DNA of 64,000 bases, taken from the human T2T-CHM13v2.0 reference genome, Homo sapiens. Location of the stretch: NCBI RefSeq assembly GCF_009914755.1, contig NC_060941.1; one strand, given 5' to 3'. The first letter of the stretch is position 1. The number at the start of each line of letters is the position of its first letter. A model generated the notes under the pieces. That model had not been told where the DNA came from. It ran no database searches and worked only from the letters and a program-made list of their open reading frames with translations. A program made the translations under genes and the position numbers. Of the stretch, positions 29,784 through 44,964 are shown in pieces.

Positions 29784-30384
29784 TACATATATGTCTGTGT
29801 ATGTCAGCCCCACCTTGGGAGAGAGGACAGGGGCAGGAGATTGAAGTCAGCCACCAAGGGCCAATGATTTCATCAATCGTGTCTATGTAATTAAACCTTA
29901 ATAAGAAACTCAGAATGAGGAGGTTTGGGAGAGCTTTTTGGTTGGTAACACATCAAAGTGCTGGGAGGATTGTGAGCCCGGGAAGGGCATGGAAGCTCTG
30001 CACCACCTCCCTCCCCATACCTTGCCCTGTGCACCTCTTCCATTTCCTGAGCTCATCCTTAATAATAAACCAGTAACAGGAAATAACTCCCATTCCTGAG
30101 TTCTGTGATTGTTGTAGCAAATTATGGAGCCTGGTGAGAGCAGTTGCAGAAAACTCCAATTTGTAGTCAGCTAGTGCAGCAGTACAGGTAGCCTAGGGAT
30201 GTCACTTGTGGCTGGCATCTGAAGTGGGGGCCGTCTTGTGGGACTGAGCACTTAACCTGTGGGTCTGTACTAATTCTGGGTAGCGTCAGAATAGAACTGA
30301 ATGCCAGGACACCCCGCTGATCAGAGAATCAGAGAATTGATTATGGAAGCACACATTTAATGGTTAGGAAAAAAACACACATCA
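29244..30384 (+). mobile_element. MER21-type solo LTR, lacking the first ~20 bp and split by an Alu
   Basis: TTCCTGGCACAGAGC...AAACCCCTGGAATT...TGGTCACCAGAAA...GGGCATGGAAGCTCTG...TCTGAAGTGGGGG. Similar to 36731-37537. Confidence 0.85.
29468..29803 (+). mobile_element. AluS with an A-tail followed by (TA)n
   Basis: TSD TCAGCCCCACC at 29457-29467 and 29804-29814. Confidence 0.95.
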
Positions 30385-31459
30385 GCTGAAAAGGAATTCC
30401 TATCTCCGCCTATGGAGTATAAAGGCTAAGACGGTTTCCCCACTCACTGCCTCTGAAGGCTGTGTCACTGCTGCATCAGGGGAGGGAAAAATAGGGTTAT
30501 CAGCTTAACAACACGAGCTGTTTTGGCCATCTAGGGGGAAGCACACTTAAGATTCGTTACTGGACCAAGACACTGCCTTGGAGCACCTACTTTGTGGGAA
30601 ATCAGTGTGAGTACCCAGTCACTGCCACTCTGCCACATTCTTGGCTGTGGTACAAAGAAAAATTATGTCTTGGAACATCATCTGGCATGTTGGGGCTGAG
30701 GTTCACTGAGGCTTGGTTATGCCTGGAGGGCCCTGGTGCTGCTTTGATGCTGTGATTCATTCATTGATCTTAGTCAGTTCCACAGTTTACATGCTGGTGT
30801 CAAAGTCTCACCCAGCATAACCACAGAGGCTTTCTGCCTTCATCCATAAAACAGGCTGGGAGATCAGGTGAGACTTTCTGGAGTTTTGATACAGGGAGAC
30901 AAAGATATGGGAGATTCAGGGACTTCATTGGTGTGATTCATCCATCAGATGGGTCCGTTTATCCCTCAAAGAGGATATTGGAGCCTGGTGGGCAGGGAGT
31001 TGTAGGAAACTCTTAATTTGTAATCAGCTGTGGCAGAAGGAGGGTGTCATTGGCCTGGAATGCCACAGATTCTGTGGCCTACAAAAGCTGATCATTCTCC
31101 ACAGTTCTGATTCCCAAGGACTTACATGTTCATAGTATCCTTGCTTCTAGCTTCTGCTCCCACACGTTCTGTGTAGCTCTATACCTCCAGACCCAGAACT
31201 CAGCCTCTGCTTCTTTACTGGTGGTGGGAGGGAAGTAAAAGTGAAGAGAAAAATATTTTTTAAAAATTTTTTTCTGAAGTTTATTATGGGAAGGTATTAC
31301 ATTGACATTGACATTATTCCTCTTCCGTCTGTTTGATCCTCCTGTTCTCTCTTCTCCCTCCACTGCCATCTCTCTTCCATGCTCCTTCCTTTCCAATTCA
31401 ACCTCAGAGGCTATCTGTTGACATTACTATATGTAATCTCAAAGAAATATTCAGTGAAA

Positions 31460-31779
<320 letters not shown>

Positions 31780-31796
31780 TTAAGAGGTAAAGAAAA

Positions 31797-31845
31797 GTGT
31801 GTGTGTGTGTGTGTATGTATATCTACCTATATATACATATATATA
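31797..31845. repeat. (TG)n/(TA)n microsatellite
   Basis: Seen directly. Confidence 0.85.
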
Positions 31846-32294
31846 AAATCCTGTAGTTTATCTCTTTTAAAAAATAAAAGAACATTTGCTTATTTAAAAA
31901 AATGAAAAGGCAAACCATAACTTTAAAAAAAAATGGTTACTTAAAAGAGAAGGAGAAAATAGCGTGGAGGGGATAAGACTTAGTTGAAAATACCTTGTTT
32001 TGTAGATGTGACTTTAGAACCATATAAATATTTTATAAGATTATAAAATGAAGTCAAAAAGTAATCTTTAAATATCGAAAGTAAAATTAGGTAAATGAGC
32101 CTTCCTATGTATTAACATACAGTGGGTGGTGAAACCACTCAGTAAGAAATTAATCTAAGTAAGAAATTACTTTAAAAGATAGTAATTTGAATGTAAAATT
32201 TTTGTGTGAGATAGCCTAAGGACTAAAAGAACTGGGGAAGAAACTTTTTCAGAATCATACTGTTGGTGGTGAAGTTTGTATCATTATGCTGAGG

Positions 32295-32402
32295 CTGATA
32301 CAGTGAGAGATATGTGTGTTACTTAATGTGTTGCTGTCATTGGGAACTGATACAGTGAGAGATATGTGTGTTACTTAATGTGTTGCTGTCACTGGGAACT
32401 GA
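32295..32402 (+). repeat. 52-bp tandem duplication (2 copies plus CTGA)
   Basis: 32295-32346 and 32347-32398 differ at one base. Confidence 0.95.
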
Positions 32403-32904
32403 GAGAATTAGTATAGTTGAAAGGATAGACAGATGTAAGATTGATCAGGTTAAGTAAAATTTCTATAGTTTTTAATTAAAATGGGAAGTACGATTCTGAA
32501 CTCATGATATCTTATAACTTAATATGTGTTTCCTAGTGCCATCCACGGAAAAGGCCTATAAACAATGACCAACCCATTAATAGTGAGCACCCAGATTAAG
32601 AGCTCTAAATACCATTTCCCACATAGAAACCTCAGAGAAATGGCTAATTTCAGGACTGAGGCAGGAAAAATACAAGGTGAGTCTGGAAATAGTTGTTATT
32701 TCAAAAATCAAGAAAACTATCCAACACTGCTAGGTTTCTGTCACAAGGACTCCATCTGTGGCTTAGGCACCCAATGGCCAACGAGGGAACAATTGGAATA
32801 TCAATAAGAATAATAATAACTGAGACAATCTGAAGTTCATCAGATATGTTTAAATTCATGAGTTTATAACAATTCTCAAACAAATCAAACCAAACAAAAT
32901 CTAG

Positions 32905-33283
<379 letters not shown>

Positions 33284-33471
33284 TAAAAAATGGTTGAAAA
33301 GAAGGTTGAAAGAATCAAACATATTCTGTCTTTCTTATAGAACCTGTAGTAGTCAACAGTTGACAATGGAAGTTTTTAAAAATAAAAGTATTGTAGCTAA
33401 TAAGTGAAAAATGAATGACAAATTTTGAATGCCATCATTTTTTGTCCTCTAATAATTTAATGTATCTAGAT

Positions 33472-33683
33472 CGGGGTCAATACACATTTTCTGCCAAGAA
33501 CCAGAAAGTAAATATTTTAGGCATTGCGGGACATATAGTGTCTGTCACGAAGGCTCAACTCTACCATTAGGGTGCAAAAGCAGCCAAAGATAATATGTAA
33601 ACCGATGGGCTGCGTTCCAATAAAATTTTATTTACAAAAACAAGCAGTGGGCCAGATTTGCCTTTTAGGTTTGCCTACCCTTG
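33472..33683. mobile_element. MER58A hAT MITE
   Basis: AGTAAATATTTTAGGC...AAAGCAGCCA...TTCCAATAAAATTTTATTTACAAAAACA. 8-bp TSD ATCTAGAT (33464-33471) / ATCTAGGT (33684-33691). Confidence 0.9.
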
Positions 33684-35705
33684 ATCTAGGTAATGATTAT
33701 CAATGGCTGCTAACATCATCAAAAGGGGGACATTGTGTACCTCCAGATGGAAGTACGTACTACCACCTATGAGGCAGACTTGATGGGGAAAAAAGCAAAC
33801 CAGGCGCTGACCAGCCTATAATTCTACATTCTACATTTCAGGGAATTCAATAGATACCTAACACCACGAGAGTGCAACCAGCAAAATACAGATTTTTGGA
33901 AGTTCTGTAGGATGAAGGCCCTTGTGTCCTCAATACGCAACTGCAAGGAAAAAAGAAGATAGAAGGATAATGTATTGATTAAAAGACACTTAAGAGACAT
34001 AATAGCCATTTAAAATATAAATAAAAATAATTGCCCTCACAAGTCTAAATTCTTGACTTAACTCTTATGTAGAGCAGTTTAACTAACATAGCTCTTCTCC
34101 AGTGTTCAATTCCCAGGGCCATCAAGATTCTTCCTCAGAAAGTCTCCATCCTCCCTAGAAGGGAATTGGAAGCAATATTTTATCCAGTTTCTCTGGGAAA
34201 GAAAAATTATCCAGGAGACAGCAAAGAGGGCAATCCCAAGACACTATGGAGAATAAAACTCCCCTTCCACTTTTTCAGTAATATTCCACTGTTTGTTTTA
34301 TCTAACACACATTTCTCTAGTAGGATGTACAAAAAATAGCTTTATGTTTAGACAAAATGTAAATATTTTAACAATCTGTCATTTAACAAGTGAGGACACT
34401 GGAAATCATCTAAAAATGCTTTATTTTGTATATAGCATTTGGTAAATTGATTACTTTTACTTTCTCTTCGGCTTTATTTTCTCACAAAGTAATCATTGCC
34501 GTGTGGAATGCACAGTCATTTTTACGTAGGATGCACAACTCAGAGGGCTATTAACTCCCTGAAAACAACAGGCTGCTAATATACACATTTTTTTCTTGTT
34601 TGGATTTATTTCTCACCAGAGAACTATAGTGTATCCCAATTAACTATGAATCTCAGACTGTGGTAAACTGCAATAGCCACAGCCCTTGTCAAGCCTGAAA
34701 CATATGTGAGTTCTCTGCAGGTTAGAACTAAATTACTGTCTCAGTAATGAAAATAAATTTGCCAATTAATTCACGTAATCAAATCTGACTGAATTTTGTT
34801 CTGAAGCAGCGCACACCTGAGAGTCTTAAGACATTTGATTCTTCGAGCTCATTACCTGCGGGCAATTTTTTTCACTTTTCGTCAGAGAACAGGCTCTGTT
34901 CAGGCTCCTCCTCAAGCCTTAAAAGGAATTCTCTATGTAGTCAGCAGTAATACAAGAAATTAGAATAACCACTACAAGCCCCTATTGGGCTGGATACTGG
35001 GCTGGGTATAGCAACTGGATGAGAAGTTAGCAAAGTAAAAGATCATGGAAAAGAAATAAGTAGACATGAACTTCCATGCTTCACCTTCCATGTATGAAAA
35101 AATAGAACCGTAAAGAATTGTTTGATCTGAGCACAAAGTGAGCTAAACTCTTTCACACATTCCCCAGCTTGTGACAGATGGCAGCAATTCCATCAGTCTC
35201 TGATTTTAGTACATGTCCCTTTTCTCTAATTGCACACTGCCCAAATCAAGCTTTTGCTAATTAATTGGGTTTCCATTCCTATGCCTACTGCTGGGATCTC
35301 CCCATATATCTGCTCTTCACCTGGTGTCTCCTCTCCACATGTGCAATGACCAGCTTTGAGTTTCAGATTCCCTGGCTCCCAACACTCTGAAGCAAAATAT
35401 AACCATGGGCAGGAAGGCTTGAGAGAAGACATGCATTAGAAATCAGTTGCCTCAGGATTCCATCTCCAGTGTTGTTACACAGAGCCTGGGTCTCTGGCTA
35501 AAACTCTGTATTCTTGTTGTTCATAATTTGATCTGAGTTTGTTATTTGCATTATCCAGAACTTCTGCCCAATGTCCTCCTCTGTCTTCCCCTGGTTTCTT
35601 AGCCTTGTTTCCTGAGCTCCAATACCTGAATTCTGTGAACCACTGAACTTTTACTTACCTAGAACATGTCTTTCTCCTTTCTTAAGCCTATTTTACAGAA
35701 CATGA

Positions 35706-36232
35706 TTTTTTTTTAATGATGAAACAATGTATATTTAGAATTAGTCAGTTGGACTCAGTTTAGATGATCCCAATCTTGTTGGCAATATCCAAAGCATGAT
35801 AAACAGTGGAATGTATGCCTTCTTCTCTCCACCAGGCCCTGATTAGGTTATTGACATTGGCCACATCAGTGTCACAGAGTTTCTTCACAGCCTGTTTGAT
35901 CTGGCACTTGTTGGCTTTGGCATCCACAGTGAACACAGGCATGTGGTTGTCTTCTGTCTTCATGGTGGACTCGGCAGTTGGGAGCCTGACGATGGATGGC
36001 ATGATGGTCAAGCTTGTTTCTCCTGGGGGTGCTCTTCTGAAGACATTTGAGCTGCCTCTGGAACCACAGTGTCTTGGGTCCCAGAAGGTGGGTGACTTGT
36101 GGATCTTTTTTTGTGTCTGTGGATGCCTCTCATCTCTGCCTTCTTGGCTTTCAAAACCTTTGCTTTTGCTTCAGCTTTGGGAGGGGCAGGAACTTCCTTC
36201 TTCACCTTCAGTGCCATCTTGTGAAAATGGCC
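35706..36232 (-). pseudogene. RPL23A: Processed pseudogene of 60S ribosomal protein L23a
   Basis: Intronless. [27 protein letters not shown] from ATG 36217, and TAESTMKTEDNHMPVFTVDAKANKCQIKQAVKKLCD...LDIANKIGII* (stop 35760) in another frame. Includes the 5' UTR TTTTCACAAG, the 3' UTR and a poly(A) remnant at 35706-35714. Frameshifted. Confidence 0.97.
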
Positions 36233-36639
36233 CTTGATATTTCTTGCCTGCCTGGCGTTCTGGTCTTACCTGACCTTATCTGATTTAATTAACCTCTCCA
36301 GTTCTTTCCTTTAACTGACCTTGTCTGTCTTTCTGTGATGAAATACCTGGACAAAGGTACAGAAAGAGGATGACTAGACTCAGCTATTGTCCCAAGAATG
36401 CATTCTATTATAAATTAAGCTAACAAATCAACATGTTGGAGTTCTTATTTTAAATTAGCTCCTGCTAAATATATATAGATTTTATAATAAAACACAAAAG
36501 TTAAAAGAAAAACGTAGATGTTCTCTGTCACCTAATAAGAGGAAGTCTTTGACAGTAACTCTGGCAGAAGAACTATGGCAAAGTGGTTAGGCAGATGAGC
36601 TACTGAGTTCAACAGATGGGAATTAAACCCTTGTCTTGT

Positions 36640-37625
36640 AGATTTTGTTGTGTATCAGCTCAGAGACTTTGGGTAAGGTTACCTAGCCTCTCTCACTCTC
36701 AGTTTCCTCAGCTATAAAATGGTACTCACCTGTATTATCATGGGAAGATATTTCGTCTTTCTCCCCAGTTCCTGGCACAAAGCTCCTAAAACCCTTGGAA
36801 TTTCCTGGGTGATAGGAGTATCTTTTGTTCTAATGAGGTGATTCTCTCCAAAACCCAAGATAGCTTCAGAATGGAGGCTGGTCACCAGAAAGACCAAGAC
36901 TTTATTAGAAGCTTGAAACCTTCAGCGCCACTCCCCAACCTCCAAGGAGGAGAGACTAGAGATTGAATTAATCAACAATAGCTAACTCATTAAGCAATCA
37001 TGTCTACCTAGTGAGAGTTCCATTAAACTCCTTGAACAACAGAGTTCAGAGAGCTTCCAGGTTGGTGAACATATGGAGGTGCTGGAAGAGTGGCAGGACC
37101 GGAGAGGGCATGGAAGCTCTGTGTCCCTTCTCCACACTTTGCCCAATGCATCTCTTCCATTTGACAGTTCCTGAGTTGTATCCATAGTAATAAACAAGTA
37201 GTAGTATGTAAAACACTTTCCTGAGCTCTGTGAGCTATTCTAGCGAATTGTGGAAACTGGGGAGGGGCCTAAAGAAACCCCCTGAATTTATAGCCAGTTG
37301 GTCAGAAGTACAGGTGACAACCTGGGACTTGGTGACTGGTGTCTGAAGTGGGGGCAGTCTTGTGGGAAGGATTGAACCCTTAATTTGTGAAATCTGATGC
37401 TAACTGCAGGAAGACAGTGTTGGAATTGACATGAATTGTAGGATACCCAGCCGGTGCTGGAGAGTTGGAGAAGTGGTGTTGAAAAGGATGCCACACATTT
37501 GGGGTCAGAAATGTCGTGAGTAAAAACAGTTCATTTCCACCTCATAGGGTCATTAAGGAAATACAATCAGATAATGTCCATAAAATGCTTTCAGCAGTGC
37601 CTGGGTCTTGATAATGACTCTATAA
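36640..37625 (+). mobile_element. MIR split by a MER21 LTR
   Basis: ...CTCAGTTTCCTCAGCTATAAAATGG (to ~36730) resumes as ACCTCATAGGG...AGATAATG...CAGTGCCTGG (from ~37538). Confidence 0.7.
36731..37537 (+). mobile_element. MER21-type solo LTR
   Basis: TG start, then TTCCTGGCACAAAGCTCCTAAAACCCTTGGAATTTCC and TGGTCACCAGAAAGACCAAG. CACC on both flanks. Confidence 0.88.
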
Positions 37626-37773
37626 AGGGTTATTGTTGCTGTGGTTGTTACTATTATTGAATAAGGTTGACACGCTACACAAAGATGAAAGAGCCTGGCC
37701 TGAACAGAGATGCGAATGCTTAGCCACCCATATCTGCACTAAGATTTTCTGTAGGACTTTGGGGTCTTGTTTA

Positions 37774-38226
<453 letters not shown>

Positions 38227-40884
38227 TCATGTACACGTACCATGTCAATCACAATATTATATAGTGGCAATCCCTTTCTAAATTATTTAGATACAAGATA
38301 AAAAGAGATTCTACTTGTTTCTTCTCTCACCCAAATGGATTGTCAGGCATTTGCTCTGGAGGGAGTGCATCCCAGTTGGAGGTCACTACTGCAAGGGCTG
38401 AGCCAAACCACAGTTCTCCAGACAGTACTGGGGTGGGGGGTTTCGTGGATGAGCCTGAACTGGAATTCAAAGGCCAGTACTGTTTGCAGGCCTGGGCCAC
38501 GAACAGCTCTCAGCCATATGTTTTAAGAAGCTGATTTGCATGGGAAGAGGTGACCTGCAAGGAAGAAATTTATGTTTGCCTGGAAATAAGACAGGAAAAT
38601 GGAGAGAACAATGTGATGTCTATTTACTAATATTACTCCAAGGAGAAAATCTCAGCCCCGCAGAGAGAGTATTGACAGGCAGCAGCCAAGGGAGGTTTCC
38701 AATCTCCAGTGAGACCTAGGGAACCTGAGACAGCTGAATGTTGGGGACCTTCTCTCTGCTTATGCTCTCTCTGCTTGGCATCAAGGAAGAATGCAGGGAA
38801 TTCTTTGGTACCTCAAGACTTAGAAGTTTGGATAGTCTTGAAAAACAGCCCCAACAGAGACTTCACATTCTCCAAGAAAATACCAGGGTTGGACCACCCC
38901 ACCAGGTGGCTCCAGAGGCAGTTTGCTTCTACAAACAACCTGGAACAGAACTTCCTGTGAATACACTCCCAGGGTACATTCCAAGGCATTCCCTAAGTGA
39001 CTAGGTTGGAGGTGGCCTGAATTCCCATGTCGGGTAAATGAAATACAAAGTGCTAGTCCAATTTACATCGTCACCAACAGCCCACCACCTCCTTCATTTT
39101 ATATTCCTGTTCTCCAGCCTGGGTCCTAGGGCAAAGTCCTCAGGGTACAGTAGATGGTCTACAGCCTGGATGAATGTGGAAGAAAGTGTCTGGCATTATA
39201 AGGTCATGGTGTCAAATCCTCCAGCTTGCAAAGGGCAAGTTCAAGTTCCACAAAGTCACAAAGTCAAATGAAAGCACCATTTCCTTTGTTAAGGAGAAAT
39301 ATCAGCAGTAATAAGTTTCTTATGTGGCCATAGCAGAGGTCACCGAGTGGTCATATGTAGCCTGCCATGGGTTGTACATGTCCAACACAGCGTTTTACAA
39401 TTTTGAGCAGGAATACCTTTAGATAGAACACATGCCCTGCCCTCCAACACAACCCAAACCACTCCTTTTATATTCAGTTTCTTTCACTCAAGTGGTTTGC
39501 CAGGCTCCTGAAGTTCCTTGATCTCTCAGTGCCTTCTTTATTCCAGTTCTCATTGCACCATCGCGAGAATGCCAACATATTGATGACAAGAAAGGTTGAA
39601 GATGCCCAGTTAGGAGAACGGGTGGCAGGCTGGGAATTCTCAACATACATTTAAAGTGTGAGTTCTTCTATCTGGAGCAGTTCGTTCAAGTGTAAAGTGA
39701 GCTTGCTGTTCTTCTAAAAAGCCCCTCCTCCTTTTTGTTCCTAATGTGCTGTAATCTCAGAGTTCTTCACGGTAGATCAGTGGGCTGACTAGCAAAATGA
39801 GAATATGTTAGGCCTGGCATCAGGACCTTTGCATTCCAGTTTCTGCTTTGCAACTAGTTCATGCTGTAGCCTTACACCAAATGCTTTGCCTCTTCAAATC
39901 ATAAAGAAAATGAAGGGGTTGTGTTGGATGATCTTCAAAGACCCTCCAGGCTCTTTCCTTCAAGTGATTCCATTTTTCTACGTAGGAAGGGGAGCATATT
40001 TTGCTGGTGAGAACCATTGTGTCTGAAGAGAATTACTGTTCCATGGCCCTGGTCTGGAATTTATTCTGCTTACAGATTTTGAAATGCTTCAGCCAGATTT
40101 ATGCTATTTTTTTCTGGCCCAAGACTTTCTATGAAAAGTAATTGCCTGCAAGATATTATACAATTTATTCAGCATGTCCCAGAAAGCTATGGAAATCTGG
40201 GTCTTCCACACACTTAGGGTAGAATTCTTCTTTGAGATGGAATCTGTAATGGCCCAAAAAGGTATGGCAGCAGCAAACAGGGATTCCTCTAGAATTACCA
40301 CCACAGGAAGCTTGGGGATATCAGTCCTTCTCCCTTGACAAAATATCTTGTCCCTGAGGAAGCTCAATACAATATAGGAAGCCCTGCTATCATGTCACAA
40401 GGTATAAGTATGCCATATGGTGGCCCAGGAAACCTGACTCTATAGTGAAAGTAATGAAAGGAAAGAGACTTCCGTGTCACATGTGAAATGAAGGTTGGGT
40501 TAGAGGTTTATTGTGAGGACAAAGAGCAGCTATTATAAGGTTATAGTGCCACGATGCCAATACACTCACCCGCAGGCTTCTCGCTCTGATCATAAAAGGA
40601 TGTTGGTCCCCAAGGGCACACTTCTCTGTATTTTAGGAAGAAGAGCTAGGATGTCTGGGGTCCTCTCCCTGGGGTCTAATGTGGCCCATGCCACCCCTTC
40701 CCTTTCACAAATGCTATTGTGGAGAAACTTGACCATGCAGAACATAAGACAGCATAGAAAAATAGAGAAACTGTACCATATACGCCAGCATTGCCAAAGC
40801 TTGGTATCGTGCTGGGGGTGGAACTGAGAATAAGAGAGAGAGAAAGAAAAGAGAAAAAGAAAGAATGGCAGAGATGGATTCTGA

Positions 40885-41232
<348 letters not shown>

Positions 41233-41544
41233 ACTGTTACATTTGAAGAAAGCAGTAAACTGTCCTCCCGCAGGATTCAGCATCATGTATTCTCAGTAAT
41301 GCAGAAATCACCATTGAAGTTGGAGCCTTATATGAAGGGAAGTGAGGCTTCATTGGTGGAACAAGCCACCAGAAGTGCATACAAGAAATGCCAGCGATGG
41401 GAAAAGGGACTTGCCCAAGAGTCAAATCTGAGGAATAACCACCTTCAGGCAGGTGGGGTCATTTCTATGGCTTGGAGTCATTGCAGACAGGACCTACTTA
41501 TCAGACCCATTAGTCAGATGGACAATCAAACCCAAGCCGTATGC

Positions 41545-41760
41545 TTCATTCAACGACTATTTACTGAGCATATTTAATGTACGAGACTCTGCTCTAGCCT
41601 TTGGGAATAAAGAAGTGAGCAAGATAAGCAACACACCTGGCCTCAAGGACTTTGTATTTGGCTGGGGATGTGATACAATGTAGAAAAAAAAATGAATGCA
41701 CAGGATGGTTTCAAACCTCTCCTATTACAAAGACATCAAAATGAAGTAGTGTGATGGGAA
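41545..41760 (-). mobile_element. L2 3' fragment
   Basis: TTCATTCAACGACTATTTACTGAGCA...CCTCAAGGACTT. Confidence 0.65.
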
Positions 41761-41794
41761 AGGAGGCGGGGAGGGGGCTTCCCTCTTGAGCAGT

Positions 41795-41965
41795 GACGCC
41801 ATTTACCAACTACATAACCTTGAAGAATTACTTAACTCTGAGTCCATGGTCCCATCTGTAAAATCATGTTAATAAATAGTACCCATCTCAAAGCGTTGCT
41901 ATAAAAGAATAACGGAGATAATGCATGTGCATAGCACGATGCCCGACTGAGTGTCTTTAGCCCCA
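41795..41965 (+). mobile_element. MIR
   Basis: TTACTTAACTCTGAG...CATCTGTAAAAT...GAGATAATGCATGT. Confidence 0.75.
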
Positions 41966-41999
41966 TATTACTGCAGTTCCAGGCACGCCTGACAGCAGG

Positions 42000-42150
42000 C
42001 ATGTGAGCAACCTGAAGCCAAACTGTCCATCTGAATCCTGCAGATTCCTGACCCACAGAAACCATGAGAGGTAGTAAAATAATCATTGTGGTTTTCAGCC
42101 ACTAAGTCTTTGGGTAGTTTGTCATGCAGCAACAAATAATTAGAAAAACG
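42000..42150 (+). mobile_element. MLT1 (MaLR) LTR 3' fragment
   Basis: ATTCCTGACCCACAGAAACCATGAGA...AGCCACTAAGT...TTTGTCATGCAGCAA. Confidence 0.75.
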
Positions 42151-42240
42151 CTATTTTATCTGAAAAGGTGGAGACTTTCTTTTATTATTTTTCCCTGGAA
42201 GAGAAAAACTCTTCCAGAAGGGTTTGTTATCAGGAAAGCC

Positions 42241-42764
42241 TGTTCTAAAATATAATGTATTAAAGAAAAATCTGAGGTTCAGTAAGGCTGACTGATCAGG
42301 AAAAAACTGCCATTGAAAAGATAGTTTGTTACTCACAGTTCCCAAGAGGAGTGGGCAAACCATGCAAGAGGCTCCACACAGGGAAGCTCCAGGGTTGATT
42401 GAGTCACAAGAATAAGAGTGAGTTTTGGGCAAGAGTCTTTATTGTGATTTCTCCAGGAAGGAACAGGCAAGACAAGGCAAGCAGGCTTAGGATTAGCAAG
42501 TTTGAATAATTTCAGTGAGGTCTGGCACATAGGGGCTATTTCCTAGTGTGATTAGGGCAGATAGAGAGGGGTCCAGAGTATTACAGCCCCATAAAGGATG
42601 TGGTTAAAAATGTGTGGGCTCTGAATCGGTGGGTTTATATTTGAAAAGTCGGAGAGTTGTCTCCAAGAATTGGCTAACCCTAGGAAGGGCAATCCCTCCA
42701 GGGTCAGCAAGGCCCCAGATATCAAAGCATCAGAATACAGGAAATAAAAGACATGGTTAGTACA
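42241..42764 (-). mobile_element. Solo ERVL-type LTR (MER76/MER77-like)
   Basis: Minus strand TGTACTAACCATG...CTGATGCTTTGATATCTGGGGCCTTGCTGACCCTGGAGG..., with AATAAA and a terminal ...AACA. TG...CA ends. Confidence 0.75.
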
Positions 42765-43818
42765 GAACCTACCAAGCAGTATAGAAGAAGACAATGTCTG
42801 AATCTCATGTTCCTGGGATCCCTTGTGGCCAGGGCACTGATTTATGATCCATTCGTAGCTTCTGGGACCTAAGGAGGGGCATATGCTAGAAGAAAAAGAT
42901 TTTGATTCTGAGAATGATTTTCTTCCTTGATAAAAGAGAGAGAGACTTGCACAAGAAGAAGCCCTGTCCTCCTTTCCCATTTTGAACATTGATATATGAG
43001 GACTGCAAGCTTCCAGCTACCACCCACATTAGCTTGTGGCCGGGAGGAGATGACCAAGAGGATCACAGAGAAGGCAACCTGAGGTCCCATACCAGTGAGC
43101 CCCAGTTCAACTCTGCCACCCTATTTTTATTTAAGTAATATGGTTTTTGTTTTTGGGGTTTTTTTTTTTTTGGATATTTGGTTACTTGCAGCCAGAGTAT
43201 AACTGACATATGATGTTGGCCAGCAATGAGTAACACCATGAGACAATCACTTGCTTCTAATTCCCGGACCTCCTATAACCACCATACTTGGAAGAGAGAG
43301 AGAGGGGGAAGTTTAGTTACCTTTCCACAATAGTAAAAATATTACTTGAGAACTCATGGTTGACAACTGCCAATTTGTAAAACATGAGAAGGAAGAGCTT
43401 GGTTAAGTTGGGGGTTCACTTACATGAGAAGAGAGACAGATGGGGGACAAAAGTGAATGCTGGAAGCCCTGAAGACCAGAATCCACTTCCACATGTTGTC
43501 TTGGGCAGGGGCTGCCTGCTGAGGGCCATGCCTGATGTTCACTGCACTGACACATATGGAAGCTGTGAGGAGTGTTTCATATGGTCCATGGATGCCCTTC
43601 ATTACAGCATAGTTGGAAAATACAGGATTCAGATGGCTGTGATTCTGAGCATCCCAGCAGTATCTGCTAGTAGAATAGGGAAGAATCCCTGTAATACAAA
43701 ATCAGAGGAAAAAAAGGATGATGAGTACTCTGAAATTTTAATTGGTGAAATAAGGATGTGGGATGTACTATTTTGGTCTACTGGAAAGGGGTGGGTGCAT
43801 GTTGCCTCAACCTACTGA

Positions 43819-44124
<306 letters not shown>

Positions 44125-44618
44125 AAGTGTTTTTGTTTGTTTGTTTGTTTTTTGTTTTTTGTTTAATAGAACATCCCTAATCACAGGGATTGATTTAAAG
44201 ATGTTATTTTATGTTAAGTGAAATATAGTTATCTTGAAGTTGCAATCTGTTGGTCACGGGGAAGAAAATATTGCTGAAGAAGGGGAAATAAAAGCAGAAT
44301 TGGTAAAATAAGGAAAAATAAAAATCCATTATGATTAGGATACCCACGTCTAAACCATCATCCGAATTCTGCCTCAACTAGTCTATTGACTGTCTTGAGT
44401 GAAAATGGTTGCGGTGATGAGATGTATTTTCCTTCCATGCTGGAGGATTTTCTTTCCATCTGCACTGTTAAAGCTGTTGGGTTATTTCACCCACTTCCAC
44501 GTCTGCTGGGCTCTCTCTCTCCATGTTTGCTGCATTCCACACAATTACTGGTAGTGTGTGCCAGATACAAGCACTGGGGATATAGTAACAGATCAAACAG
44601 GCATCATTCCCAATGTGA

Positions 44619-44964
<346 letters not shown>

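Noticed and set aside
32295-32402. Direct repeats as a CRISPR-like array
   Set aside because: There are only two adjacent copies with no spacers, in eukaryotic DNA.
43384-43818. 144-aa plus-strand ORF in unique sequence
   Set aside because: No recognisable domain or exon structure; its length is within what can occur by chance in 64 kb.
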